DNA of 62,486 nt, filler included, from Acidimicrobiia bacterium (GTDB lineage: Bacteria; Actinomycetota; Acidimicrobiia; Spongiisociales; JAHEDJ01): the NCBI GenBank assembly GCA_029210695.1. It is 2 parts of 2 records of this genome, joined end to end, with 100 filler letters (N's around TTAATTAATTAA, not from the genome) between each part and the next. Parts side by side here need not be neighbours in the genome. Positions count along the whole stretch, not along the records: positions 1 to 31,295 come from JARGFH010000046.1; positions 31,396 to 62,486 come from JARGFH010000047.1. One strand, given 5' to 3'. Below the pieces are notes generated by a model. That model saw only the letters and a program-made list of their open reading frames with translations. It ran no database searches and was not told where the DNA came from. Positions 26,806-36,643 of the stretch are shown one piece after another. Numbering within the stretch: the first letter of the stretch is position 1; each line of letters opens with the position of its first letter. The translations under genes and the position numbers were made by a program.

Positions 26806-28329
26806 ATGACTACCGAATCTTCCCTCAAACCGCGCCGTCCGGCCGCGGCCGGGGCGGTCGCAGTAGCTGTCGCCTTCGGCGTGGTCGAACTACTCTCCGG
26901 CCTGCTTTCGACTGGAGTGTCGATGGTCGTGGCCGTGGGCAACCTCATCATCGACCTAGCTCCGGAGAGCGTCGTCCGATTCGGTATCAGGATCTTCGGG
27001 TTCTACGACAAACCGGTGCTGGTGGCCGGGATCGTGGTTGCCGGATTGGTCGCCGGCGCCGCGGTAGGGCGTTTGGCGGTGCGTAGTTTCGGGGCGGCGG
27101 CCCTGGCATTTGTGGCCGCCGGCGCGATTGGATCGATCGCCGCATGGCAGGATCCGCTCGTCTCCCGTGCCCAGGGGATCGTCGCAGTGTGGGGTGGGGT
27201 GTTTGCGGGGATTGCGGTCCTCCGTTTCCTGACCAGCCGGGTGGCCGCGGCTGAGCAAGATGAGAGCCGCCGCCGCTTCCTCGTCGCCTTAGGAGGGTTC
27301 GCCGCATTCGCGGTCCTGGCGGCTACCACCGGCCGGCTGCTCGTCGGCCGCATGCGGGCCGCCGTCTCCGGTCGGGAGGACGTGATCTTGCCCGGCCCGT
27401 CGAGCGCACAGGCTCTGCCCGCCCAAGGTGACGCAATAGCGGTGGAGGGGATCTCCGAACTCGTGACCCCTAATGCGGACTTCTACCGCATCGATACTGC
27501 CATTTCGGTGCCGAGGGTCGATCTCGATGGATGGACGCTCAAGATCAGCGGTATGGTCGATCGGCCGATCGAGTTGACGTTCGATGACCTGCTCGACCTT
27601 CCCATGGTCGAGCGCTTCGTCACGTTGTCTTGTGTCTCGAACCGGGTTGGCGGGAGCCTCGTGGGGCATGCCAGATGGTTGGGAGTGCCGCTCCGTGACC
27701 TTCTCGACCGTGCCGGTGTGCAGGAGGGTGCGACGCAAATCGTCGGCCGGTCCGTCGACGATTTCACGGTCGGATTCCCGGCCGAAGCCGCCTTCGACGG
27801 ACGGGAGGCGATGGTCGCCATTGCTATGAACGGTGAGCCACTTCCGTTCGAGCACGGGTTCCCCGCCCGGCTGGTTGTTGCCGGGCTCTACGGATACGTG
27901 TCGGCCACCAAGTGGTTGTCCGAGATAGAGCTGACTACCTGGGATGCGTTCGACGCCTACTGGATTCCGCGCGGATGGTCCAAGGAAGCTCCTATCAAGA
28001 CGCAATCCCGGATCGACGTTCCGCGCCAGGGCGAGCAGTTGGCGGCCGGGACTATCCCGATCGCCGGGGTTGCCTGGGCTCCCGACCGCGGCATCGCCGG
28101 GGTCGAGGTCCAGGTCGATGACGGACCGTGGAGGCAGGCGGAGCTGTCGACCGAGCTCTCAAAGGACTCCTGGCGGCAGTGGGCGATCGACTGGGAAGCC
28201 GCGGCCGGCGATCACTCCATCAGAGTCCGTGCAACCGACGCCGATGGTGCAACTCAAACGTCCGACATCGCCCCTCCGGCTCCGGACGGCGCCACCGGCT
28301 ATCACACGCGGGATGTCGTGATCACCTGA
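26806..28329 (+). CDS. Membrane-anchored molybdopterin oxidoreductase (sulfite oxidase family)
   Basis: Five TM segments, FYRID, TLSCVSN (Mo-ligand Cys), HGFPARL and KW; C-terminal dimerisation domain. Confidence 0.92.
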   Translation: MTTESSLKPRRPAAAGAVAVAVAFGVVELLSGLLSTGVSMVVAVGNLIIDLAPESVVRFGIRIFGFYDKPVLVAGIVVAGLVAGAAVGRLAVRSFGAAALAFVAAGAIGSIAAWQDPLVSRAQGIVAVWGGVFAGIAVLRFLTSRVAAAEQDESRRRFLVALGGFAAFAVLAATTGRLLVGRMRAAVSGREDVILPGPSSAQALPAQGDAIAVEGISELVTPNADFYRIDTAISVPRVDLDGWTLKISGMVDRPIELTFDDLLDLPMVERFVTLSCVSNRVGGSLVGHARWLGVPLRDLLDRAGVQEGATQIVGRSVDDFTVGFPAEAAFDGREAMVAIAMNGEPLPFEHGFPARLVVAGLYGYVSATKWLSEIELTTWDAFDAYWIPRGWSKEAPIKTQSRIDVPRQGEQLAAGTIPIAGVAWAPDRGIAGVEVQVDDGPWRQAELSTELSKDSWRQWAIDWEAAAGDHSIRVRATDADGATQTSDIAPPAPDGATGYHTRDVVIT

Positions 28330-28678
28330 GGGTTTCCCGTTGACGGCGCGGGAGCCCGGCTACGACGAGATCGTATGAGTGGCTGATCCATTCCTCGAGC
28401 TCTGCCTTCGGGAGCGTGTCGTTCATTTCGATCGTGTTCCAATGGCGCTTGTTCAGGTGGTAGCCGGCCGAGACGGCTCCGGGATACAGGGCCCGGAGTT
28501 CCAACGCCAGGTCGGGTTCGCACTTCAGGCTGATTCTGAACGGCTCGACATCGTCGGCTACGAGAGCGAACATCTTTCCGCCGACCTTGTAGACCAGGGC
28601 ACCGGGTCCGAATGGGTAACCGGAGGTGGCACCGGCAAATGAGTCCAGGAGTTGGAGAGGATTGTCGAAGTGCGCCAT
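28322..28678 (-). CDS. MmcQ/YjbR family protein
   Basis: PFG..VYKVGGKMFA, SLKC and GYHLNKRHWN. Confidence 0.92.
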   Translation of the reverse strand: MAHFDNPLQLLDSFAGATSGYPFGPGALVYKVGGKMFALVADDVEPFRISLKCEPDLALELRALYPGAVSAGYHLNKRHWNTIEMNDTLPKAELEEWISHSYDLVVAGLPRRQRETLR

Positions 28679-28750
28679 GGCCCTCCAAGCACAAACTTAC
28701 CCACGCCGGTCCGACCGGCCGATCCCCAATATGAGCTGTGATCTCAGCTT

Positions 28751-28855
28751 CTAGGCTTCTCGCCGCTCGCTCGAACGGTTGTACAGGACGGTGAGCCCGT
28801 ACCCGATCGCGGCACTGGCGACGACAAACAAGAGCATGATGATCATGAACTCCAT
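28751..28855 (-). CDS. Small (34 aa) single-pass membrane protein, absent from the ORF track
   Basis: GGGAGG RBS then MEFMIIMLLFVVASAAIGYGLTVLYNRSSERREA*. Confidence 0.7.
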   Translation of the reverse strand: MEFMIIMLLFVVASAAIGYGLTVLYNRSSERREA

Positions 28856-28886
28856 CAGACGACCTCCCTCGTTGTCAACGTTCAAC

Positions 28887-29090
28887 CTACTCGTCGTCAC
28901 GGGCCCGTGGCGGTGTCATGCGGTTCCGCAATCTGACGATTCCCCGGTAGGCGCTCACTCCCACCGCCCACAGCATGAACAGACCGACGATGGTGAGGAA
29001 CTCCTGAGCGCTGAGACGTCCGCCGATGAACGATCCGCCCACGGCGACGATGAGGATGGCGACGATGATGGCAAAGGTTCCACGACCCAC
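28887..29090 (-). CDS. Small (67 aa) two-TM membrane protein
   Basis: Two hydrophobic helices and a basic tail; fills the intergenic gap. Confidence 0.6.
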   Translation of the reverse strand: MGRGTFAIIVAILIVAVGGSFIGGRLSAQEFLTIVGLFMLWAVGVSAYRGIVRLRNRMTPPRARDDE

Positions 29091-29137
29091 GTGCAGGAAT
29101 CCCGGGTAGCTGCTTGCATCCTACGCAGGAGGTGGCG

Positions 29138-29674
29138 ATGGCCAGGTTCGAGTTGCTGTTTGCGGGATATGTGACGCCGGGTGTTGCGTCGACGGTGAGT
29201 TACCTAGAGGACGGGGACAGTCGGATCGTCGTCGACCCGGGCATGGTGCCCGACCGGGCGGTGATCCTGGAACCGCTGCGTGCACTCGGCGTAGAGCCGG
29301 GCTCGATCACAGACGTCGTTTTCTCCCATCATCATCCCGATCACACTTTGCATGCGGCGCTATTCGAGAATGCGCGGTTCCATGATCACTGGGCCATCTA
29401 CCAGGGCGACCGGTGGACGGACCGCCCCGCAGAGGGTTTTCGGGTGTCGCCGGATGTGCAGTTGATAGAAACGCCCGGTCATACGCTCCAGGACATCACG
29501 ACGTTGGTGACGACGCCGTCCGGTGTCGTGGCGTGCACCCATCTCTGGTGGAATGGAGACATCGAAGGCGACCCCCGCGCCACCAATCCGGAACTCCTCG
29601 GGCCGAATCGGGCGCGAGTGAAGTCCCTGGCGGATGTAATCGTCCCCGGCCACGGCGCCCCGTTCGAGATATGA
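29138..29674 (+). CDS. MBL-fold metallo-hydrolase
   Basis: SHHHPDH, TPGHT and PGHG; AGGAGG RBS. Confidence 0.88.
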   Translation: MARFELLFAGYVTPGVASTVSYLEDGDSRIVVDPGMVPDRAVILEPLRALGVEPGSITDVVFSHHHPDHTLHAALFENARFHDHWAIYQGDRWTDRPAEGFRVSPDVQLIETPGHTLQDITTLVTTPSGVVACTHLWWNGDIEGDPRATNPELLGPNRARVKSLADVIVPGHGAPFEI

Positions 29675-29747
29675 GTTTTCTCGGCAATACTGTGGACCGT
29701 GGTGATTCACTGCATTGCGGAGAAAACTCGGGACTAGGTTTCTGGTT

Positions 29748-30530
29748 GTGACCGACCTCCGCCCTGCCGCCGCTTTCTTCGACCTCGACCGAACGTTGAT
29801 CAGCGGATCGTCGGCCTTCTCCTTCGGGGTGACTGCGTGGCGTCAGAAACTGATGCCGACGAGCAGCCTCGTGCGGGACGCGGCGGGAGCCCTGATCTTC
29901 CGCTGGTTCGGAGCAACCGACGACCGATCCGAAGCCGTTCGCGAGCGGATCCTTTCGGCTGTGGCCGGCGTCGAACTGGTCGACCTCGAAGAGGTCGGCC
30001 AGGCCATGATCCCCCGGCTTGCGTCCCGCGTCCGACCGGAGGCAACGGCGCTCATCAAGATGCATCAGGAGGCCGGGCGCGATACCTATATCGTCTCCGC
30101 CTCTCCACAGGAGATCGTCGATCGATTGGCCGGGGCCATCGGCATGACCGGGGGGATCGGCACTCAGGGGGAGATCATCGACGGCCGCTACACCGGTGGC
30201 CTCACGGGCCATTTCGTTTACGGGGAGGGCAAGGCCCGGGCGATGCGCGACCTCGCCGATGGAAACAACTACGACCTGTCGCTCTGCTACTCATACAGCG
30301 ACTCGATCAGCGACCTCCCGATGATGGAGCTCGTCGGCCATCCGGTGGCGGTCAATCCGGACGGTGAACTGGCCGATCACGCCCGTCGGCGCGGCTGGCC
30401 GATAGTGATCTTCTCCCGGACCGCTAAGAGGGTTGTGGCGGGAACCTCAGCAACCGCCGGAGCGGTCGCCGCCGCCATCGCGACCTATTTCCTCGGCCGC
30501 CGCCATGGACGTTTAGCTGCCGGAGGATGA
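29748..30530 (+). CDS. HAD-IB family hydrolase (SerB-like)
   Basis: FFDLDRTL, VSAS, YSDSISD and VNPD. Confidence 0.92.
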   Translation: MTDLRPAAAFFDLDRTLISGSSAFSFGVTAWRQKLMPTSSLVRDAAGALIFRWFGATDDRSEAVRERILSAVAGVELVDLEEVGQAMIPRLASRVRPEATALIKMHQEAGRDTYIVSASPQEIVDRLAGAIGMTGGIGTQGEIIDGRYTGGLTGHFVYGEGKARAMRDLADGNNYDLSLCYSYSDSISDLPMMELVGHPVAVNPDGELADHARRRGWPIVIFSRTAKRVVAGTSATAGAVAAAIATYFLGRRHGRLAAGG

Positions 30531-30663
30531 TTGACCTGTTGGTCTCATACCTTCACCTCTGAGATCGTGTGCGCCGCATCGCCCGGCGCAGTCGTCCACC
30601 AGAGACCTGCCCTGAGGTGGGCAACCGCCGGACTCCCTGGTATTCATCCCAACGAGGTGCCAT

Positions 30664-31044
30664 CTACGGGCCTGCCCAATTCGGATCCAAGAACTGCTGG
30701 ATCTCGACCAGGTGTCCATCCGGATCACGCAAGAACACGTGGTAGATGTCGAAGCGGTCGTTGCGGGTCGGTGCCGACTCGAACGGCACTCCCGCATCGC
30801 GAAGCTGCGTGAACCACTCGTCGACATGATCGGTCACGATTGTGATGATCACACCCTCCGATTGCACATCTTCCCTGTGTGTGCAGATGCCCACAAAGGC
30901 AGCCGGGGTGACCTGGTAGATCCGGCAAGGACCTTGATCGAGTACGAGGTCGAGCCCGAGGAGTTCGCCGTAGAACCGGCTGCTCGAGGTGAGGTCGGCG
31001 ACGGTCAGAAAGGTGATCTGGCCGTCGATTGGAGGTCGCTGCAT
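30664..31044 (-). CDS. VOC/glyoxalase family protein
   Basis: FYGELLGL and FLRDPDGHLVEIQ. Confidence 0.9.
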   Translation of the reverse strand: MQRPPIDGQITFLTVADLTSSSRFYGELLGLDLVLDQGPCRIYQVTPAAFVGICTHREDVQSEGVIITIVTDHVDEWFTQLRDAGVPFESAPTRNDRFDIYHVFLRDPDGHLVEIQQFLDPNWAGP

Positions 31045-31066
31045 GACTGCGATTCTTGCACGGCCG

Positions 31067-31216
31067 CTAGCCGGACGGTTCGCTCACGATCAGCGTGACG
31101 GTTCCCGCCAGTGAGCCCGCGGTCCCGCCCTTGGAGTAGGTTGCCTCGATCTGCAGGGTGTGAGTTCCTGCATCCATGTCGCTGGTATCGATGCGGAAGC
31201 GCACCAGATCGGTTTC
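31067..31216 (-). pseudogene. C-terminal remnant of a gene with Ig-like beta strands, cut by an IS
   Basis: ETDLVRFRIDTSDMDAGTHTLQIEATYSKGGTAGSLAGTVTLIVSEPSG* abuts the IS end at 31219. Confidence 0.55.
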
Positions 31217-31218
31217 GT

Positions 31219-31295
31219 GGCGCTTCGGAATTGAGCGGGGTGTAGGGGTTCCCGGTTGATTAGGAGGGCTCTGCCAATCTGATGGTTACTACGCC
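31219..31295 (+). mobile_element. Terminus of an ISL3-like insertion sequence at the contig end
   Basis: Begins GGCGCTTCGGAATTGAGCGGGGTGTAGGGG, resembling actinobacterial ISL3 IRs as recalled (GGCTCTTCGC..GGGTGTAG); interrupts an ORF and runs into the gap. Confidence 0.6.
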
Positions 31296-31395
31296 NNNNN
31301 NNNNNNNNNNNNNNNNNNNNNNNNNNNNNNNNNNNNNNNTTAATTAATTAANNNNNNNNNNNNNNNNNNNNNNNNNNNNNNNNNNNNNNNNNNNN
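31296..31395. other. Artificial contig-joining linker
   Basis: Exactly 44 N + TTAATTAATTAA (stops in six frames) + 44 N. Confidence 0.97.
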
Positions 31396-31472
31396 GGCGC
31401 CTGCAGTTTCTTTGACATAACTCCATCCTCGCTTCCAAGGTAAAGAGTCTCCAAGAATCCCAGGGCGATACA
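31396..31472 (-). mobile_element. Left end of an IS3-family (IS51/IS6110-like) element with the start of orfA
   Basis: Minus strand reads TGTATCGCCCTGGGATTCTTGGAGACTC..AGGATGGAGTT ATG TCA AAG: TG terminus, RBS, ATG at 31418 (MSKKLQA..). Confidence 0.75.
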
Positions 31473-31996
31473 GAATCTCTCGCTGGCCGCAGTTGCGTCT
31501 ATTGGACATCGGAGCCGGGTACGGCCGGTTCGCCCATCGCTTGATTGAAGCGTTTCCTGATACCGCGTCAGTCGCGACTGTCGACGCGGTGGCCGAATCA
31601 ACCTTCCTCAGTGAGTTCTACCTTGCCTATCGTGGTGTGGACGACCGGTCGACCGTCCTCGAGCTACCTTCACTCGACATCTGGCTTGGCTCGGAGCAAG
31701 TTGATGTGGCTGTCAATATGCATAGCTTCTCGGAGTGCTCATTCACAGTGGTGCGATCCTGGTTGGACACAATCGCCGAATCCAGTATCAAGTTTCTGAT
31801 GGTGGTACCCAACCGAGGCACCCACGGTGGAACGCGCCTCATGGCTCGCGAGACCGACGGCACGAATACCGACTACCTGCCAGAACTGGAGAGGCGGGGG
31901 TTCGAATTAGTAGCCAGGCGGCCGAAGTACCTACATTCCAGCGTGCAGGACTACGGAGTGTCGCCGACGTATCACTGGCTATTCGTTCGCGAGTGA
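31473..31996 (+). pseudogene. SAM-dependent putative sugar O-methyltransferase, 5' part removed by the IS3 insertion
   Basis: LLDIGAGYGR motif I and NMHSFSEC; coding-like frame starts at the IS boundary and an in-frame stop lies inside the IS. Confidence 0.75.
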
Positions 31997-34900
31997 GACG
32001 AGGTCCCGGCGTTCCCGTCTTGTCGGAGCAGTAGTGGCAAGACGGCCTCGGCAAAACGGTGGGCGCGTTCGTGAAAAGTGTGTTCTTGGCGGACCAGCTC
32101 GACGGCAGATTCGATGCGACGAGCGCGGTCAGCACCATCGTCCAGGTAGTGCGCAAGAACATCGGCAAGTTCACTCTGGGTGTGGTAGATCGGTACTGCA
32201 TCGCCGAACAACTCGGACAGACCCTCAACGGGATCAGACACAATCATCGTCCCTGCCGCCAGGGCGTCAAAGATGCGATTGGAAACGAAACCTTCGCGTC
32301 GCATGTCGGTCCAATGATCATTGAGCACGATTGCGGATTGTTCGTACAACTTCGGCAGTTCGTCGTTGGCGATGTGAGCCCCCTTGATGTGGCGGCCGGG
32401 AATGAGGCCATGCCAACCCTCGCCGAACACCGAGATCTCAAAGCCGGAGTCGATCGCCCACCGTACGACCGGTCGCTCGCGATTGGCGTTCCCTACGAAG
32501 ACGATGCCGTGCGACTTGGCCGCCTCTGCCGCCACCTTCGGGGGTTCGGCGGCTGCTTGCTGAAGCACATGCACCGGCACATCGGTCATCGTCGCCAGTC
32601 TGGCGGCGAAGTGCGTTGATGCAACGAATATGAGGTCATAGGCATTGCACTCCTCGGGCGTGATGTCGTCGGGATGGCTGATGATCCACAGCACGTTGAG
32701 ATTGCCCGGTTTGACCGCGTAGGGTGTCAAACCTCGCAAGTGCAGGACAACATCGGCATGCTGATATCGCAGCGAATCCCATTCGGGGACGATCGTGATG
32801 TCGGTGGCGAAACCCTGCTTCCTAAGTGCCCGGGCGAAATGGCGGGCAAAATGAGTATCTCCCCACGAATCAGCTACATCCCAACCAGGAGGGCCGATAC
32901 GGATCGCAACCCGGGGCTTGTTCAACGACGCTGAAATGGCCTCGATGAACTGCTGGGCTCGTTGCTTGTACGTGTGTCGTTCGAGCACGAGCGCCCGGAG
33001 CTTGTCGACGGTCTCGGCGCGGAGGTCGTCGTCGGCCAGATACCGATCGAGTTGGGCGCGCAGTTCGATGCGGTTGGTGTAGGTGGGCAGGAGTCCATCG
33101 AACCACTCCTCGGAACCGGCCGGGTTGTCGGAGAGTACGAGGGTCCCGGCCGCCAGGGCGTCGAACACTCTCGAGTTGACGGCGGGGAGGTTGGGCTCAA
33201 CGGTATCATCGAGTACCAGCGTGACCGAGCTGTAGAGCGCGGGCAGGCGATCGTACTCGAGGTGCCCCCGCCAGTATCGTTGACCACGTGGACGGCGGTC
33301 CCAACCCTTGCCGAAGATCGTGAAGGTCTCACCAGGTCGGACGTCGAGGAACCGTTCCAGTTGGCGTCCCTTTCCCCAGAAGCTGCCCGTGAAGGTGTAA
33401 TCGGCGGCGAGGGCGACGTCGGTTTCGCCCGGCTGAAAGCGCTCCGGGTTCGTGGCCAGCGGCAGGACGCTGACGTCGACCTCGGAGGCCCGGTCGATGG
33501 CTGCGGCGAACTTGCCCGTCGAAGCAACCGCCAGGTCGTAATAGCGGAACGACGGGTTCTCCAGCCACCGGTCGACCCAATTGCGCACCCAGGCAACCGT
33601 GAAAGCGCCTTCCGGGGCTTGCGTCACATCGAACTGCGGCAGCAGGTTGATCACGACATCCGTGTCGGGTGCGATCTCATACCAGGCGTCGCGCTTTCGG
33701 GGCGCATAGGCGACGTTCCAGCCCAGGGCCGTCAGCTGATCGCCCAGTTCGTGGGCCGTGTACCAATCCCCAAACCCGGCCGTTCGGTCCTCATCGGTGA
33801 CCGTGATGGCGAGTTTTCTGACTCCATCAACCGCCCAGAAGCCCGCCCCGGCCAGCTGATCTGTGACCAGCGCTCTCCGCAAGTAGGGCTGCCAGGTCTC
33901 GAGGAATCGACGCGAATTCCCCAGGTAGTTGATACGCCGTCTTTCGGCGCCGAGTTTCGACTGGGTGCCGAACTCATAGTGATACAGCGCGGCCTGCCCG
34001 CAGAAGACCAGTTCGCCGCCGGCCCGGCGAAGCTTCATGGAGAGATCGACATCTTCCCACCCGTAGACGTATCCCTCCGTCAGGCCACCAACTGCCTCGA
34101 GGGCGGCGCGCCCGAAGAGAGCGCACGCTCCGGTGACTGCCGGAACCGGAACGACCGCTTGACACTTCCCACTCCTGGGGTCCTCGCCGGATCCGAGGTT
34201 GACCGGTCGCGGAGCGTGGTCTCGCCACGAGAAGGCGATGCCGCGATGCTGGACGGTCAGCGGCTTGGCCCCTTCGTTCCCGGTCTGAGCCGGATACACG
34301 AGCAGAGCACCGGCGCCGACCACGTTGTCACCTTCGGTCGTCGCCTTCACCAACGCCCCCAGCCAACCGGGGTTGATCGGGCTGACATCGTTGTTGAGGA
34401 GCAAGATGTAGTCACCACCGGCCGCGGCGAGGCCCTGGTTGTTCGCCTCCGAATATGTGCGGTTCGAAGTGTTGTGGATGATGTTTACCGGGAAACTCCA
34501 CGAACGGTCGAGGAGCGATTGTGTGTGATCCGTCGAATCGTTGTCCACCACGATCAGCTCGAAGTCGCGGTAGGCCGTGCGATTTTCCAGGCCGTCGAGG
34601 AGGCGTTCCAGGTGCTCTCCGCCGTCGCGGGTGACCACAATCATCGATACCAGCCCACCACCGGCCGGTCCCTGATCTGGTCGCGCTTTGCGAAGGGCGG
34701 CCTCCATCCGGGTAGCGCGGAGCCTGGCGGGTAGCCTCGGCAATCGAACACGACGAAACCGGCGAGCCAGGGGATACGCCACCTCTGCAAATCTCAGTGC
34801 AACACGAACCGACTTGCGCTTGCGGAGACTGGCCAGTTCATTGCGGGATGCTCGAAGCTCTGATACGAGTCGGGCATGATCGGCTCCGTCGACATCTGGC

Positions 34901-35040
34901 ACGGCGTCATTCTGGAGGCCGGCCATCCGCTGCTCGAGCTCGCCGGCACGGGCATGGAGTTGCTCGAGATGTTCGAACAGGGCCGATGTCTCAGGTCCGC
35001 CCTGATCGCCGGTTGCTGGGGTAGCGTCCTCGGATTGCAT
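31972..35040 (-). CDS. Multidomain glycosyltransferase (coiled coil + GT2 + two CgeB-like GT domains)
   Basis: VVDNDSTD, LLNNDV and GWEDVD; two (N/S)xR(V/I)FDALAAG motifs. Confidence 0.88.
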   Translation of the reverse strand: MQSEDATPATGDQGGPETSALFEHLEQLHARAGELEQRMAGLQNDAVPDVDGADHARLVSELRASRNELASLRKRKSVRVALRFAEVAYPLARRFRRVRLPRLPARLRATRMEAALRKARPDQGPAGGGLVSMIVVTRDGGEHLERLLDGLENRTAYRDFELIVVDNDSTDHTQSLLDRSWSFPVNIIHNTSNRTYSEANNQGLAAAGGDYILLLNNDVSPINPGWLGALVKATTEGDNVVGAGALLVYPAQTGNEGAKPLTVQHRGIAFSWRDHAPRPVNLGSGEDPRSGKCQAVVPVPAVTGACALFGRAALEAVGGLTEGYVYGWEDVDLSMKLRRAGGELVFCGQAALYHYEFGTQSKLGAERRRINYLGNSRRFLETWQPYLRRALVTDQLAGAGFWAVDGVRKLAITVTDEDRTAGFGDWYTAHELGDQLTALGWNVAYAPRKRDAWYEIAPDTDVVINLLPQFDVTQAPEGAFTVAWVRNWVDRWLENPSFRYYDLAVASTGKFAAAIDRASEVDVSVLPLATNPERFQPGETDVALAADYTFTGSFWGKGRQLERFLDVRPGETFTIFGKGWDRRPRGQRYWRGHLEYDRLPALYSSVTLVLDDTVEPNLPAVNSRVFDALAAGTLVLSDNPAGSEEWFDGLLPTYTNRIELRAQLDRYLADDDLRAETVDKLRALVLERHTYKQRAQQFIEAISASLNKPRVAIRIGPPGWDVADSWGDTHFARHFARALRKQGFATDITIVPEWDSLRYQHADVVLHLRGLTPYAVKPGNLNVLWIISHPDDITPEECNAYDLIFVASTHFAARLATMTDVPVHVLQQAAAEPPKVAAEAAKSHGIVFVGNANRERPVVRWAIDSGFEISVFGEGWHGLIPGRHIKGAHIANDELPKLYEQSAIVLNDHWTDMRREGFVSNRIFDALAAGTMIVSDPVEGLSELFGDAVPIYHTQSELADVLAHYLDDGADRARRIESAVELVRQEHTFHERAHRFAEAVLPLLLRQDGNAGTSSHSRTNSQ

Positions 35041-35114
35041 GCGAGGTGGATGCTAGCCAGGCAGGGTTTCGGGAGTTCCGCACCCCTATGCTGGCGGCCT
35101 ATGGAGCACCATTC

Positions 35115-35663
35115 TTGAGAGCTGTAGAGACTGCCCTTCCCGAAGTGCTCGTTCTCGAACCGGGCGTGTTCGAAGACGATCGTGGGTTCTTCTTCGAAGC
35201 ATGGAACCGGAATGTCTTCAAGGATCTGGTCGGCCGCGACGTCGATTTTGTGCAGGACAACCAGTCGCGTTCACGGAAAGGCGTTCTGCGCGGTTTGCAT
35301 TACCAACTCCGGCAACCACAAGGAAAACTCGTGCGGGTGGTGGCCGGGTCGGTGTTCGACGTTGTCGTCGATGTGCGACGGTCCTCTTCGACCTTCGGTG
35401 GCTGGCTGGGTCTCGAACTATCCGATGCGAACCGACGCCAACTCTGGATTCCTCAAGGCTTCGCCCACGGTTTCCTGGTCATCACCGAGTACGCCGACCT
35501 CGTCTACAAGACGACCGACTATTACAACCCCGAGTGGGATCGCACATTGCGATGGGATGATCCGGAAATCGGCATCGATTGGCCGCTGGACGGCGGACGG
35601 CCGATACTCTCGGCCAAGGACGATGCTGCGCCGGGATTGTTCGCAGCCGACGTATACGAATGA
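35115..35663 (+). CDS. rmlC: dTDP-4-dehydrorhamnose 3,5-epimerase
   Basis: DDRGFF, VQDNQS, LRGLHYQ and GFAHGF; TTG start after GGAG. Confidence 0.96.
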   Translation: MRAVETALPEVLVLEPGVFEDDRGFFFEAWNRNVFKDLVGRDVDFVQDNQSRSRKGVLRGLHYQLRQPQGKLVRVVAGSVFDVVVDVRRSSSTFGGWLGLELSDANRRQLWIPQGFAHGFLVITEYADLVYKTTDYYNPEWDRTLRWDDPEIGIDWPLDGGRPILSAKDDAAPGLFAADVYE

Positions 35664-35671
35664 GGAGAGGG

Positions 35672-36643
35672 ATGAGCCGTCGTTATCTCGTGACGGGAGG
35701 AGCAGGGTTCATCGGCTCTAACTTCGTCCGGTACATCCTGCAACACGAAGCAGACGCCCAGATCACCAATTTGGACCTGCTCACCTACGCCGGAGTCAAG
35801 GCCACGGTCGACGAACTGGACGAGTCACCGAACCATCGATTCGTGCACGGCGATATTCGGGACACCGAACTGGTCGAAGGTCTCGTTCCCGGCCACGACG
35901 TGATCGTGAACTTCGCCGCCGAGAGCCACGTCGACCGGTCGATCGACGGCCCGGCCGTCTTCCTCGAGACCAACGTCGTCGGCACCGGCGTGCTCATTGA
36001 GGCCGCCCGCCGTCACGAAGTCCCCATGTTCCTGCAGGTCTCGACCGACGAGGTCTACGGAACGATTGCGCAGGGTTTCGCCCCCGAGGATGCCGCCCTG
36101 GCGCCGTCCTCCCCGTACGCCGCCTCCAAAGCCGCCGCCGATCTGCTCGTCCAGTCGTACGCCGTGACGTTCGGCTACCGGGCCATCATCACCCGCTGCA
36201 CGAACAACTACGGGCCCTACCAGTTCCCCGAGAAGGTCATCCCGCTGTTTATCACCAATCTCCTCGTCGGCAAACCGGTGCCCCTTTACGGCGACGGCCG
36301 CAACGAGCGCGACTGGCTCCACGTCGAGGACCATTGCTCGGCAATCCACCTCCTCCTCGATGCCGGAAACCCGGGTGAGGTCTACAACATCGGGGCAGAC
36401 GCCCAGCTCGCCAACATCGACCTGACCCACCGCCTGATCGAACTGCTGGGTAGGGATGAGTCGTTCATTCAGCCGGTCGCCGATCGGCCCGGCCACGACC
36501 TTCGGTACGCGGTCGATTCCTCGAAGCTGCGTGCACTGGGATGGGCTCCAGGGCACACCATCGACAAGCGCCTCGACGACACGATCGCCTGGTACCGGGA
36601 CCGGGAAGACTGGTGGGGACCCTTGAAGGGCGGGCAACGATGA
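35672..36643 (+). CDS. rmlB: dTDP-glucose 4,6-dehydratase
   Basis: [24 protein letters not shown] and YAASK. Confidence 0.97.
   Translation: MSRRYLVTGGAGFIGSNFVRYILQHEADAQITNLDLLTYAGVKATVDELDESPNHRFVHGDIRDTELVEGLVPGHDVIVNFAAESHVDRSIDGPAVFLETNVVGTGVLIEAARRHEVPMFLQVSTDEVYGTIAQGFAPEDAALAPSSPYAASKAAADLLVQSYAVTFGYRAIITRCTNNYGPYQFPEKVIPLFITNLLVGKPVPLYGDGRNERDWLHVEDHCSAIHLLLDAGNPGEVYNIGADAQLANIDLTHRLIELLGRDESFIQPVADRPGHDLRYAVDSSKLRALGWAPGHTIDKRLDDTIAWYRDREDWWGPLKGGQR

Noticed and set aside
30531..30663. Structured RNA between the HAD and VOC genes
   Set aside because: Only short GC-rich stems, as expected by chance.
31340..31351. TTAATTAATTAA as a biological AT-rich site
   Set aside because: Centre of a synthetic N-flanked linker.
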